DNA of 64,000 nucleotides from Podarcis liolepis. Its lineage: Eukaryota. The stretch is taken from the NCBI GenBank assembly GCA_965112155.1, contig OZ218102.1; one strand, given 5' to 3'. Made by a program: the position numbers and the translations under genes. Under the pieces are notes generated by a model that had not been told where the DNA came from, ran no database searches, and saw only the letters and a list, made by a program, of their open reading frames with translations. This document shows, piece after piece, positions 13,769 to 28,000 of this stretch. Numbering within the stretch: position 1 is the first letter of the stretch; every line of letters starts with the position of its first letter.

Positions 13769-14111
13769 TGGGTGGCGCTGTGGGTTAAACCACAGAGCAT
13801 AGGACCTGCCGATCAGAAGGTTGGCGGTTCAAATCCCTGTGACGGGGTGAGCTCCTGTTGTTCGGTCCTGGCACCTGCCAGCCTAGCAGTTCAAAAACAC
13901 ATCAAAGTGCAAGTAGATAAATAGGTACCACTCCGGCGGGAAGGTAAACGGCGTTTCCGTGCGCTGCTCTGGTTCGCCAGAAGCGGTTTAGTCATGCTGG
14001 CCACATGACCTGGAAGCTGTATGTCGGCTCCCTTGGCCAATAAAGCGAGATGAGCGCTGCAACCCCAGTCGGTCACAACTGGACCTAATGGTCAGGGGTC
14101 CCTTTACCTTT
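13769..14111 (+). mobile_element. Sauria SINE (tRNA-derived head, ACCTTT tail), near full length, with 12-bp TSD
   Basis: GGTGGCGCTGTGGGTTAAACC...GGCGGTTCAAATCC (A/B boxes)...GGTCAGGGGTCCCTTTACCTTT; TSD TACAGTGTTTCC at 13757-13768 and 14112-14123; closely similar copy at 20552. Confidence 0.9.
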
Positions 14112-14113
14112 TA

Positions 14114-14257
14114 CAGTGTTTCCCAAACTTGGGTCGTCATCAGTTTTTGGACTACAACTTCCATCATTCCTAGTTAACAGGAACCGTGGTCAAGGATTAT
14201 GGGAATTGTAGTCCAAAAAAACAACAACAGATGGAGAACTAAGTTTGGGAAGCACTG
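14114..14257. mobile_element. Palindromic hAT-type MITE (~140 bp)
   Basis: TIRs CAGTGTTTCCCAAACTT / AAGTTTGGGAAGCACTG; internal GGACTACAACT...TTGTAGTCC palindrome; degenerate 8-bp TSD ACCTAGTA / ATCTAGTG. Confidence 0.8.
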
Positions 14258-15174
14258 ATCTAGTGCATCTGCATGTAGGACACACCAGTAGAAGGAGTGA
14301 TTTGAATAGGCTTTCTTGTCATCTGAACAGAAAAGCCTACAGAATAATTATCCCATTTTCTCAGCTACACTTGAGAAGGAATTGGCTAACAGCCAGCCAT
14401 ATTTGCATAAAAAAGCCAAATGTGTTGCCACAAATTCAACTTCTATATCATTGGAGACCAAAGTACTAGATAGTGCAGACTTAGATTATTAAAATATTTT
14501 TTAACTAAAGGATTGGAAGACTGGAGGTGGCTTGATTGCTATGTTTCAAAAGAAGTATCATCATTGTATTTAACTATAAGAGGAAAAGAAAACCAAACAC
14601 GTGTATAAAAAATTACCTTTCTACCGTTCTGTGCTAAGTCCTGATTAGAACAGAAATACTTGTGTTGGTTCTTTTTCTTATTTTTCCAATTGTAATACTT
14701 GGCAAGTATCATTAAATATAGGGACATATCTGACCCATATAAACATCTATCCATAACAAATGTGGAGTGCGCCATAATTGGAAAACCTTCCTGTTCCCTT
14801 TGTTGGAAGCTAAAATGTATCAGGATACTTTTACTGAATAGATAAGCTTAGGGCTGAGACTTCAGCTTTTTAGGAGGACATATGACCACCCACTTGACAA
14901 ATGGGGCACAAACACAAGATACTGGCTCAGCGCCCAATGCTGCGTCTTTAACCCTTCAGCAGCAGTATTTATGTCAACTGCTTTATTAGCACAGTGTGCC
15001 ATAGGATTGGCCTTTTCTCAGTTTAAAATCCTGTTTAGATGTAATAATGCAGCTTTACAAATAAGTTACTTCATTTCATAAAATTTATATACTGCCTGAT
15101 TGCAAAAAGAATAAAACATCTGAACAACTTCCAGCACAATCTAACCTCAGCACCATCTTATTACATCTAAATTT

Positions 15175-15895
15175 ACAGCATTCTTCTAACTATGTCTATT
15201 CATAAGTGAGTCCTATTGAATCCACTGGTGCTTACGCCTGAGTAAGCAGGTTTAAGATTGTGGTTTTCACAGTGGGATCATTATCTCTTAACATTTTGAT
15301 TCCAAGTATATTTTTGTCTTGGTAAAGGCTACTGACTCCCACAGAGCTTGTTTGAAACTATGGGTTGAACCCAATGCTAGTCCTACTCACAGTAGATCCA
15401 TTGAAATTAATGAACACGAGTACATAACTGACTTATGCGCATTGGTTTGCTCTGAGTAAACCTAGTTGGATACCACCATAAGTGCATTTAGGACTCGAAT
15501 ATGTAAGGGCCAGTTCATTTTATGTGCAGGCAGTTGTATTTGCTACTTAAGAAACTGGTGCTTGTGGTGACAGCTTACATTATGCAGGGGACATGTGCTA
15601 GGATGTTCAAGGTGGTGTACAATATATACGATAAAAACAGAAATCCTCAAAACCAATACAATTATTAACATTTTTGGATAATCAATAAAATTTAAACAGT
15701 TGTATTAAAAGCTTGCTTCCAGAGCTCACAGTGGTGAAAGCCCCAAAAACCTTCAGTTGCCAAACTTGGAAATAAATCCTACTGAGTTTAATGGGGCTTA
15801 CTCCTTAGTAAATCTGGTTAAGATTACAGTGCAATTCTATACATGTTTACTCAGAAATAAATCTCACTGCACAGTTCACTTTATTCCCATGGGAC
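15175..15895. repeat. Cluster of short (~80-110 bp) palindromic squamate interspersed repeats
   Basis: Recurrent GTAAGCCCCA/TGGGGCTTAC and GCAATCCTA/TAGGATTGC-type arms; related copies at 32660-32750, 42710-42805, 44250-44460 and 46322-46401. Boundaries approximate. Confidence 0.5.
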
Positions 15896-16949
15896 TATAG
15901 TTTTAATTAACTGTCAACCTAGGCAAAGATACCCTGCTTCTCTCCCATCCCCCAAGTGTTAACTGGGTCTGTTCTATTTGAGTTGCATTATGATTTTAAA
16001 ATCGGGGGAGGGGGGGCGACGGCGACAACAAATAACACACCCATTCTTACTCTTCTCCCAGCATATTATCATATCTAGTTTTGATGTTAAAAGTAGGTAG
16101 AAAAATAATAAATGAAGTAGGAATGGTTGAGTAACACATCACTACTTACCCTTATGCCACTAAGTATATCCTGCAACTAAACAGCTGTTAAAGCTTCTTA
16201 TTGTGTAAGAAAATGTGAGCAATTTCATATAAAGATCCTTTTAAAATCCTAATGTACTATCTCGATAGCTTCCTAAATGGACGGGATTAATTTAATGGAA
16301 GTGCAGATGTAATAAAGTGCAAAAGCTTTGGAGCGTAAGATGTGCATGCTGGTTTTTCAAGAATGTAATCTTCCAGCTGGATATAAAAATATGAGTGACA
16401 GCAACACAAAGTTTTTATTATGGTCGTCATCACAAAACACTTCTTTCTCAATCTCAACTGTAAAAATCTCAACTAAAAAAATATATATACCTTAAAAAAC
16501 CAACATGGTGGAAGGATGCTCACAGAACCCAAACAACTAAATTGAAGTTCAGCTCAGAATGCTGAAATATTCTGCAAATCAGCCGAACACTTGAAAAACA
16601 ATTCCCAATTCCAAAAATCACACAGAAATAATAAAGGAGCTAAGAACATGCAATTATCTCGTCTTGGCGAAGGTACATAAACATCTCTGTTCCCAGCATT
16701 AGCCCATTTTGCATCACTTGCGTTGTTTTATGCATGTCTGATGTGTCAAAGTATTGTGACAAGGACCCTTTGGTCTTTAAACAGCTAAAAATTGGCTGAT
16801 GGTGCTGCTTTTTTTTTTAAAAAAAAGGATGATACATATACTGGCGCGCAAGGTCCTGAATGGTTTTGGGACCCAAGTGCTGAAAACCTCCCTCAAGAAG
16901 CCCTACCAACCCGACCCTGGTGAGGACCTGCCCTTTGGCAGTCTGGGAA

Positions 16950-17830
16950 GAAAACGTGCGCGCGACCTCATTTGACTACGGCCCTACGAGGATGTTCAGC
17001 GCAACTTAACGAGCCAAGTTCCCGCCGCGGCTTCGGCGGCGCTTGTTCCCAGGCAGGCGCGCGCGCGCTCATAGGGTCGGAGCCTGACTGAAGGGGAGCA
17101 GGACCTGCCATTTCCAGAGGCGGGCAGGGGGGTCGGGCCGCAGCAGCGGCTCTCCGGCAGGCCCTGCCCACCGTGTGGAGACAGGCCCGCTCTTTCCCCG
17201 CCCCCTGCCAGGAAGGGCTCGGTTCCCTTGGTAGCGACCGCAGTAGCGGCGGGAATAACGGGCAGAGCCTGAGGCACCTCCAGGATGTCGCGGCCGCCTC
17301 GGCGCGCCGTGCAGCTGGCGCCGAGCTCTCTGGCCCTGGTGTTGCGCCGCCTGCAGCAGCACCAACAGCACGAGGAGGAGGGAGAAGCAGCGGCAGCGGC
17401 GGCTGCCCCGGGCGAGCCCGAGGCGGAGAGCTGCGGCGACGAGGCGAGCGGCGCGGCCGTCTTCCAGGCGTTCCGGCGCGCCAACGCCGCCTGCTACTGG
17501 AACGGCGGGCTGGCGCGCGCCGTGTCGCGGGTGTGGCTGCAGGGCTGGCTGCGGGGCGGCGTGCTCTTGCTGCAGGGCCCCGCCGCCCCGCTGCAGCTCC
17601 TCCGCGACGCCTGGCTTCGTAGGGCGCTGCGCCCGCCCAAGGGCTTCCTCATCAGGGCTGTGGGTAAGCGAGCGAGCGAGCGCGCAAAGCAAGCCGGCTG
17701 GCCAAGCCAGGGGCGCAGCTTCACCAGATCACCTGCGCAGCTGGGGCTCCGAAAAGAAGCCAGCGCGCGTGCCAAGCTCCGTCAGATTCTCTCCTGGTTC
17801 CTCCCTTTACCTTGTGGGTCCGATCCTGGC
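16950..17830 (+). promoter_or_regulatory. CpG-island promoter and first exon of STOX1
   Basis: Abrupt switch to very GC- and CpG-rich sequence (GCGCGC runs, GC box CCCCGCCCC near 17196) around ATG 17285. Confidence 0.85.
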
Positions 17831-20800
17831 TCCGTTCCTTTCTCTGCCGGATTCAACCAAAACCTGGACTCTTTATTTGCCAGGTTTTGCTTTAAGCTGA
17901 TTCTGGGCCCTTCAGGTTTTTTGTTTGTTTAAGGATGCTCTGAGCCCTAAAGCACGTGTGATAGTAAGAAAGTGCGTCTTGAGCACATGCTGAGTGTTTT
18001 TCTCCAGTTCCAGACTCATGTACAGCCAGTTTTCTCGCCTTAGGGTTTCTGATGCTAGACCAACATACCCAAGCTAAGGAGTTTGGATCTGCCCAGGGCT
18101 TGGTTGAGAGACTACTTATGTTCCAGCTACATGTGGGGTCGTATACCTCACTGCTGTTTTGCTTGTGCAGAAGGCTTCCACTTCTGTGATGGAATGTTCC
18201 TCTCCCTAGAGGACCCTCTGGAGCAGATTCTGAGGGTGTGCATGCAGAGAAAAGGGAAGTCCCATTGCAAGAGTGGGACCCCATGCACAGTGTTGGATAC
18301 GACCCTTATAAAAATGAGTGATAAGTATTAGGGGTTGTTTTAAAAAGCCTGGTAGTACCTTCTGCATGTGTAATGAACAGTTAATGTGTGAAGAGTGAAC
18401 ACAGACCTTATAGAACATTTGGGAATGCAACATCAAGGGACGCTGGCTGGAACTGATGAACCTGATACAGCTACCAGGTGGAATTTGCTCTACATGGGGA
18501 CTATCCCTATGTGATGCACTGTGGTGTGTAATACTTTCTCTGGTACTAAAAACTCGCTCACTTGTGTATATTTGTGGTAGTGTAGACTGAATGGCCCTAA
18601 TGAGGCACTGCATGTTAACGGTTCACTATGTAAATTCTTTTAAAGCAGCCTCCAAGCATGCATGTATTCAGAAAAGGTTGCTTCCTTTCTCTCTCTTTCA
18701 ACCCCTTCGTTCCATAATTCCAAACTCCTGTCCTTCTTTGTGGTGGGAAGCCCTTGACTACAGTAACTCTGGCAAAGAAACATAGGGCAAGAAGTAAGCT
18801 GTTATCCCTTAGAGGACCAAGGTTTTATTAAATAAAGAAACCAGTGGAAAGGAGCACCTGGACTAGGCATTTCTTCTTAGGCTTAAGTGATCTGAAGCAA
18901 AAAAAACCCAAACCAAACAAAAATCCTCCAATGTTTCCTGTCAGCTGGGGATGCCATTTTGACTGTAATCTCTTCATTGCCTAATACCTAATGGGTTCCT
19001 TAGCTCACAGAAAGAACCTTGCGGTCATGCTATTGTGTGCAGGGAGATGGAGGGTGGGGAGAAGGGTAAACAAGGATTTGTCACACAATGTAGGTGCTCC
19101 GAAGGTTAATCTGTTCCTTTCTTGCTGTCTCTGTGGAGCTAGGGAGAGCATACTGCTTTTTAATTGAAAAAGAGGAAGGGTATTTTATTTCAGAGAGAAA
19201 TATGCTCCTCCGGGGGCACTCATGTGCCCTCTTGATAAACAGCTAACTTATTTAAAGAAAAGAAAAAAAAGGCATTCAAGCAGGATGAAAATATTCTTGT
19301 TTTAACCACTGAGATGTTAGCAATCTTTTGCCTCGCCTCAGTAAAAGAATTTTTTAAAGACTTCCTACATAAACCTAGACACTTAAATATTTATATTTGT
19401 GTGGTTTCGCTTTGGTGAATATTAATCTCCCTTGGCCCTGCAAAATGGGGAGCTTGTATGAGTTTGGTGACACCTGTGTGCATAGTAAACCCAGTATTGT
19501 AGAGAAAACATTGCTGCTCCCATAAATGTAGCAATATTCTGCCATACCCTCTGGTGCGGTACTCTTGGTGCCATATTAAGTAAAGGCAACATATAAAGGA
19601 AATGGTTACAAATGCAGAATTCTATAAACATTGTTGTAAGTTTTCACTTAACAGCTATCTCCTTGATCCTGCAATTGGATCCATATGGGAGACTCTGGTG
19701 CCCATACAGAGTCCTGCTGAAGTTAACCGCCAAGTAATACAATTCCTTCAGTGTTAGCTGTTCAGGAATTTCTTGCAAGTGGTCTCATATTCAAGTGCTG
19801 AAAATCCATTGAGAAGACGACTGCACAGCATCCTTTGTTTTAAAAAAACTTTCCCAATTAAAGTAGCTGAAAGTTAGTATTTCCAGGTTTCTTGCCTAAT
19901 TCTACAACTCTGTTTATCTTAGTTTGTTAATGTAGAATGAATGAGTTTCAAGAACTGTACTGGTGATGCTCTTGTGTGACTTCTTATGTCCAGATGAAAC
20001 AAGATGAGGCAAAAGTGCCTTGATTATTTGGGAGTTATCCTCCTCCTTACTTCCTTGCTTCAGCCTCTGATTACCATCTTAATAAGGTTGAGGTTGATAT
20101 TGGTAGAATCTCTGGCTAATCATATCTGTAGGAGTTTCCTAATATTGTAATAACATCACGAACATTCTTAAGAAAAATGCCAACTATTAAGTGCTTCACA
20201 TTTATCATTCTATGCAACAAGTATGTAAGAATGGCCAGTTCTGGAGTCAGACTAGAAGGTGGCAAGGTCAGTGGGCAGTGAACCCCTATATATAGAATGA
20301 TGAGGTGAGACAACTTAAAGCACAACAGAGGCACCAATACTTTTCCACTACAAGGCTTCATTTTTAAATGAATAATCTCCTTAAGAGTTACACTGATTTC
20401 TTCCCCGTGTCACTTGAGAAAGATTCTTCTTGCCTGTGTGAATATTACCTGCTAGAATATTTTCTCTTTTTCTTTATCTGTTACATGCAAGAAACAGCTA
20501 CCCTTTTACCCTTTGTGGTGTTTTCATTAGCCGATAGGTATTTTATTGCAAGGGACCCGGGTGGCGCTGTGGGTTAAAACACAGAGCCTAGGACTTGCCA
20601 ATCAGAAGGTCGGCGGTTCGAATCCCCGTGATGGGGTCAGCTCCCATTGCTTGGTCCCTGCTCCTGCCAACCTAGCAGTTCGAAAGCACGTCAAAGTGCA
20701 AGTAGATAAATAGGTACCGCTCCGGTGGTAAGGTAAACGGCGTTTCTGTGCGCTGCTCTGGTTCACCACATGACCCAGAAGCTGTACGCCGGCTCCCTCG

Positions 20801-21964
20801 GCCAATAAAGCGAGATGAGCACCGCAACCCCAGAGTCGGTCACAACTGGACCTAATGGTCAGGGGTCCCTTTACCTTTTATTTTATTGCAACATGAATAT
20901 TTTCACACATGCATGGCCATAACAAATTACAGTTGGATTATAGCAGGGGTAGGCAACCTAAGGCCCATGGGCCGGAAGTGGCCCATGGAGGCTGTTTAAC
21001 CGGCTCACGAGCCACCCCCAAACGAGCCGCCTGCTCAGCAAGTCCCCGCGCGCTTCGCTAAACCAGCACAATGTGGGGACTCTCTTCCACGGCTCCAGAT
21101 TTTTGGCATCTGGGCATGCATAGAAGTGATTTCTGGCGCCGTGGACATGCACAGATGCGATTTCTGGCGTTACACCGCACCGGTCCAGTCCATGGATGAT
21201 CTCCGCGGGAGTGATCTGGCCCATGCCCAGTAAGCCTTGCCGACCCCTAGATTACATTACTATACTGAGGCTTCCCTTAACAAAGCACAGAGAAGGGTGC
21301 TTTGGAGTTTGGATTACTGATTATCTTGGATCACTTTTGACATGGTAATGTGGCAGTCGTAGAGTGGTCTTAGAAAAAGGTAACAGATGTGTTATGCACA
21401 GCAGTTAATCATTAAGCAATATCCTAGTTTTATGTCAATTTACAGGCTTGTTTGAGCCTGTGGATCTGAGGTGTATGCATATTACAACAAACTACCTCAG
21501 CTTATAAAGTGGTAATTATTAACACTCGCACAGGAAAAATTGGAACAATAACTTTCTACAGAAGTGAAAGCTGAGAGCTGTTTATCCAGTGAGAGTCCTT
21601 TCAGGGCCCTTCCAGACGATAGTGTGCCCCCCTCCCTGTTTTATTCTTCATAGCCCCATCTTGGTCCAGTGCCAGTGGCACGATAGCCAGCACCTGCGTA
21701 ATGTACTGGGAGTGTAGCTTTGCACAGAAGGATAATATTTCTACTTCTCCATCCCTTTTAAAATGGGAAGATATGAAGTTCTGCACTAGAAAGGCAGAGT
21801 GCATAGCTTCCAGAAAGTTAAGGAAAAAGAAACCACAAGGACCTCAAAATTGCAGAGCCCTGCTGGCAATACCTTTGTTTCAGTGTTAGAAACTCAGATA
21901 GATAAGCTAATTGCCAAATGGCACCTTAAACCTGGGTTATTGTTTAGGCACCATTCCCCCAATA

Positions 21965-22000
<36 letters not shown>

Positions 22001-25000
22001 CTTCTTCTTCTTCTTCTTCTTCTTCTTCTTCTTCTTCTTCTAACAATGATAATAATAAATTTCTATATCGCTTTGTAATTTAAAGACAAAATCTCAAAGC
22101 GGTTTACAGCACATTAAAACATCAAATAAAACAATACAGAATAAAACAAATTCAAGCTTCAAGGAAAATATTTCAGATCCTTCTCTAAGTGACATGTTGC
22201 TTTCCCCATGTTTATTTACTGCGTAATTTATATAGCTGCCCCATAGCAGAAGTACTCTAGGAAGCAAGTGTGGTGTAGTATTTAGAGTGCCGGACTAGGA
22301 CCTGGGAGATCAGGGTTCAAATCCCCACTCAGTCATTAAGCTCTCTGAGTGACCTTGGGCCAATCACAGCCTATTAAGATACCTCACAGGGTCGTTGTAG
22401 GGATTAACTGAGAAGTGGGGGTGAGCCATGTACTCTTTGGAGAAAAAGTGGGATATAAATGCAATAAATAAGCTCTTCTGCTAACCTGCTTAAGAAAGCT
22501 GGAGGGGCCAGCCAGATGGAGATGTCAACCTGGCATCCAGAGATCTCCACATGGTTGCAATTGGACCCGCACCAGTAGCAAAACGTGCCTGGCACCTGGT
22601 GCCTGGCTTATTTCTAATACTGCTTTGTTTTTTATGTTTTGTGGGCCATGGCGATATCCACAGAGAAGTTCTCCTGTGCAAGCCTCATTACGATGCTCTT
22701 GTGGCATTCCAGTCTACAAGAATAGGATTTGTGCAGGACATTCCGCCGCTGTCCAGGCAAGCCAAGCCAAGGTGCTTTCCCCACACTTTTAATTTTACAA
22801 CAGTTGAAAATATTGTGCTTTCAAAGCTCAGGGCTAACATTAGAGCTGCATACCAAGCTACACAGGACAGACTCCTTTGGCCCAGTAAGCCATCTCCTCC
22901 TCTTACATCTGTTCCTTTGTGTTTTCCTGCTCCCTGTGATGTCTTTCATTCCTGCCTCATTCCATAAAAACATCCAGTTGCCTGTTGAACACGTTCCTGT
23001 GACTTGCCCTTGTGGCTTTTACCTTATAACGTGTTCCATATGTTTGCTGGGCTTTGAGTGAAATGGTTTCAATTTAAACCTGTGTTTCCTTTCACTAACC
23101 ACCCCCACCCCAAATATATCCTTAAGGGCAAGAACAAGGCCTATGTTATATACGAGCTTCAGGAACACAATCGTTTGCCGCTGACTTTTGTGCTTCATAT
23201 TTTGATTGCTGAGCCCAAATAATCCTTCCTTCCTCGTTTTAGCTATTGCTTGGTATCGTGTTCTAGGTATTCCTGCATATCCTCTGGAGTACTTTGGTTT
23301 TAGGTTTCTTCAAAAATCAATGGCCCCTTTCAGTTGCTGACACAGTAATTTAAAAGATATCAGTCCTCTGAGATGGCTTGTGCTTCATTTTCCTATTCTG
23401 CTACGCTTTCTTAGTCCTGTTCAGAATTAGGACTGGTTCATATGATCGCTAACCACACACACAGTTCCTTTGCCTTGCCCAGGACTAGATCACAATTTAC
23501 TTGTGCCAAACTGATTTCCTGAGGGCTGCAGCAGAGCCACAGAACAATGTGCCTAAGCATACTCTGTGTGTGTGGTGGAGCTCTCATAAAATATTTGACA
23601 TGGAACGACAGAAATAGGGGTCCTCACAGAAAAGCAACCAGTAATGTGCTTAGTGGTTACATAAGCTAGCCGTCTTTTGATACAACCTTAGTGGCACCAG
23701 ATAACCTTTTTTGAGTTGAGGGAAAAACAGTGAGTTATGTAGCATGGCCTCTCTCAGTCTCCTTTGTTTTCTTGGAGTGAAAGTACAGCAGTAATTAGGG
23801 AGGCCCAAGTGCAACTCTCCACTTGGCCATGAAGCTCACCGGGTGACCATGGGCCATTCATCACCTCTCAGGGTAGCCTTTCTTACAGGGCTGCTATGAG
23901 GATAAAATGGTAATGGGGAGGAGGAAACCGTGTGTGCCATTTCTAGCTTCTTGGAGGAGAGGAATATAAATTAAAATAAGAAATTAATTAGCCAAAAAAG
24001 AGAGAAAGATTGTGCAGCACACTGTTTCCTGCAGTACAGGCATCCCCCCACTTATGTGGGGGTTATGTTCTGGTCCCCTGCATGCAAAAGTGAAAATTGT
24101 GTAAGTGGGGGAGCGCCCTCTAAACATAATTTAAATGCCCTCTCTGCATTTAAATCCAGCTTCCCTTTTTGACTGCAGCCCATTGTGTTGCACTGAACTT
24201 TTGAGGGTCCCCCCACTTTCAGTTTGTTTTGGGGGAGCACGAGAACCAAGGTTGGAAGGGGTGCCTTATCCCATAACACTTTAGATCCTAGCCACTATTT
24301 GTGGGGAATATTTATATGTTCATGAACCAGTTCTTTGCCCTTCTGTTAAAGGAACTGAGAAAATTTTCACCTGGTTAAGAATTAACCACCTTTTAATTGT
24401 CTGGTCTTGAAATTAAACCTTTATCTACAGAGGATAATAATTAAAAGGCAGAAAATTAACGGATGTCAACTAGTGACCCTGTAATTAGTGCTGGGTTTAG
24501 GTTATTGATGATAGATGATGTTTGTGGTATGTTATGCTTACCATAATAGTGAAAATGCTGCTATATGCCACAAAGGCTTGTTGTTAGTAAACAACTGTAA
24601 TGCTGGCTTGGTTTGGTTTCAAAGTTGGGAACAGGTTTAGAAACGGCCCCCTCCCTGGTCCAAGTAGCACTGGCAGTGATTGATTCAATTTCAGTGCCAG
24701 TTTTCTAATATTCATCTTTCATAATTTCTGTTTGAAATAAGATTTTGCCAGTGGCCACCTTTTAAATTTTATGGCATTTTCTGCAATAGTTAAAAAACCA
24801 CCATAAAACAAGTAATAGGGGGGTAACGGGGGGTAAGAAAGAAGTAATTGATAATGAGGGAAAGCGACAGCTTTGGTAATGGGAAATTAAAACGTATATC
24901 ATCATTTTGAATATTTGGGCAGCACGTGCAGTCAGGAGCATTACATTGGGATGTTAAAATGCAAGGGAAATGTGTGTGTTTTTAGTAGCACACCTGAGCT

Positions 25001-28000
25001 TTGCTTAAATGCCGAAATATTCATGAAACTTGTTCTAGCCACTTGTTCCGTGGGACGTGTCGTCTACCAATACCGCATGAGCTTAATGAGGGATGGCAAA
25101 TGAGCAGACGGTTGTGTGTTTTTGTGCTGCTTGGATTCCTTCCATGACTGCCTGCCTTTCATCCGTGTTTTGAACCCACCTGGCAAACGAGCCATAGGTT
25201 TGAAAACTCATGGCCCATTAATGCTGGACTTAAGAAGTCCTCTTTTGTTTTGAAAACCATTCATAATCATTTCATGCATTCGTACGTTTTAATGATACTC
25301 TTATGAAAAACATCGTCTGAAATCCACAGAATATCCTTGTAATGGATCAAATAGTTGCTGAAACAGTCTTCCAAATACTTTTGCTAATGCTGGTTGCTTC
25401 TGCCTCATTAAAAGGCTAGCCAGGGAAGGCCCGCAAGCAGGTCAAAATGAAAACAACCAACCCTGTTTGTTCACACCATGTGGAACTTAAGAGGTATACT
25501 ACATCGTAACATACTGTTTAAGCTCCTGAATCGATCTGAGCCTTCTCTTTATGCTGTTGGCAAGAACAACATCCTGTGACAATTAACAGAGTAGGGAGTT
25601 TGTTTTAAATCTGTGCTTCTTGGTTTGAAATAAAACAAAACTAACCAATTTTGGCCACAGGGAGAGGTGGCCGGGGGTGGGGATGAAAGCCATGGTCTTT
25701 AAAAAGTAAATGGGGGTTGGTTGGTTGGAAATTAACTTTGAGATGGAATTGGCATCAGTCATTATTCACCTATTTAAATCCTGAGTTAATCCTATACTCC
25801 TGTTAATGGAGTATAAGGATTTATTTGATCCATTTGACTGGTGAGGCAAGAGAAAGCCAGTCACCTAATAAATCGCCTATCACTGCCGGACAGATCTGTG
25901 AATACTCTCATTGCACCTTTTCTCTCTCTCCCTTTTAATTAGCAGATGAGTTAATAAAGGACTAAGTGTGTGTTGCAATCTGCAACACGATGACATGCCA
26001 TCATATGTTGATGTAATCTAAAAATGTGGAATTAAGCATAAATACATTCAAGCAAGCAATTGAACAGCGGTCAAGGTAGTTGTTTAACTGAGCAGAGATG
26101 CCCAAGTACAGTCATACCTCGGGATGAATACGCTTCAGCTTAAATATTTTCGGGTTGTGCTCCGCGGTGACCCAGAAGTAACGAAGCGCGTTACTCCGGG
26201 TTTCGCCACTCACGCATGCACAAACGCTCAAAATGATGTCACGCACGGAAGCAGCGAAACGCGGCACGCGCAGATGCGCAGTCACGTCCTACGCTCGCTT
26301 CAGGATGCGAACGGGGCTCTGGAATTGATCCCGTTTGCATCCAGAGGTACCACTGTAATCGATTAAGCTTTGTTCTCATACTTCTTTTATCACAACTTTA
26401 ATAACCGAAATGATTGCAAAAGCATCCTTATCTAATACATGGTGCTTTATAAGTCATCGAATCCAGTTATGTCATGGTACAGTAGAAGGTTTTGGTTATT
26501 TTAATTTACTTGGATGATCTGGTGCCAATTTTTTTTAAAAAAAATATTTAACAAGATTTATAATCATGAAAACTAAGCGGTTTACATGAAACTGAAGTCA
26601 AACCTAACTTATGTAGCAGCTAACCAAACACTGCAGCAGTGAAGAGAATGTAGTGGGAAGGAAGCTTATAAGCAGGAATTTTGGGGTTTGCCATTTATGC
26701 TAAGCAAATGGACTCTACAAAGTTGAAGTTCAAGGCAGCAGTTAAGCAGTAGAATGAGTGACAGGCAGAGCAGGAAGGGGGGCAAGGTTGCAGTGAATCG
26801 GTCCAGCAAGTTGCTGCAGGAAAGTCCTAACAGTGATCACCAATGGAATGCCCAGGACCTAAACTGGCCTGGAAGAATTTACAGCTTCATTTAAAACTCC
26901 TAGCCAATTGGGAGACTTGGAGCTTCTATTTAATATGATTCCTCATTCGTGAAGCTCTTTGAGTTACAAATTCAAAAGAAGACTTGCTACATTATTAAAA
27001 TACTAATTAAATGTGGCCCAAATCCAAAGAAAGCTTAATATACAATTGAAATCAGGAGGACCTGTTACTTGCTGCTATTATATGTCCCATTAAGTTCAAT
27101 GGGACCTCATAGTGTGACTTTCTTTGGATTTGACTGCAATGCAAAACATTGTGTTAGAAGAACTGGGGCAGTGGAAGAACTAGAGGCAAACAGGCAGAGG
27201 TCTTGTGTAGAATGGAGCATTTTTGGTAGAAAGGAGGACACTGTCAAGTTTGTGCTCCATCCTGATCTTCAGTCGTAACCCCCCACCCCAGGAAGCTGGT
27301 CCTGTAAGGAATAAACTCTTAATTCTGATGTCCAGATATAAATAAATAGAAGCACCACCTCCTCAAAAGATACAATGCACAAAACGCAATTTCACAAAGT
27401 TATACAAATGCTACAGCCAATTTAAAAACAAGAAAGAGGAAGCTACACTTTACAGAGCCATCCTTTCCCTAAGATTCAAAGCTTGCTGGAAAGTGTTAGG
27501 ATAAGGCAGAAATGCCTCTCCACTGGTGGAAAGGAGCTTTGCCCAGGAGGGCAAGGGACATCTACTACACCCACGAAAAGCTCCTCTGGCATTGCCTGCA
27601 GTAGGGCCTGAAATGACATTCTGTGGGCTGGAATCAAAGGAGTCTCTTCATTCCTCCAAGAGGCTTCAGGACTGAGCTCAACTACACCACATTGACGCTG
27701 TCATAGTCAGTTCTCCCTCACTGCTTTCAGTGGGGTGGACGACTTTACAAAATATGGATTATCTGGGCCAAAAAAAGAAAGACACCCCTTTGCAACATGT
27801 CTTGCTTTGTAATTGGTTGACAATCTACCACTTCACTCCCACCACCACCACATATTTATTATACAGTATATTTATTTTATTTGCCACTTTCTACCCAAGT
27901 CAGAGTGATTTGCAGCAGTAAAATTAACACAAATACGGTTCATGCAAGTACAAAAGTTAAGATCAATAGCGGCACACTAAAAGTGATCATTCACTAAAAT

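Noticed and set aside
9400-16900. Hidden gene or pseudogene in the CCAR1-STOX1 spacer or in STOX1 intron 1
   Set aside because: Only short ORFs with no recognisable homology or consistent splice pattern; conserved enhancers cannot be judged without alignments.
16968-17932. Several long overlapping and antisense ORFs at the STOX1 5' end, and similar ones at 37402-38566 and 52073-52940
   Set aside because: Stop-poor CpG-island sequence; only the frames that splice into known proteins are supported. The in-frame 37772 extension is kept as a hypothesis.
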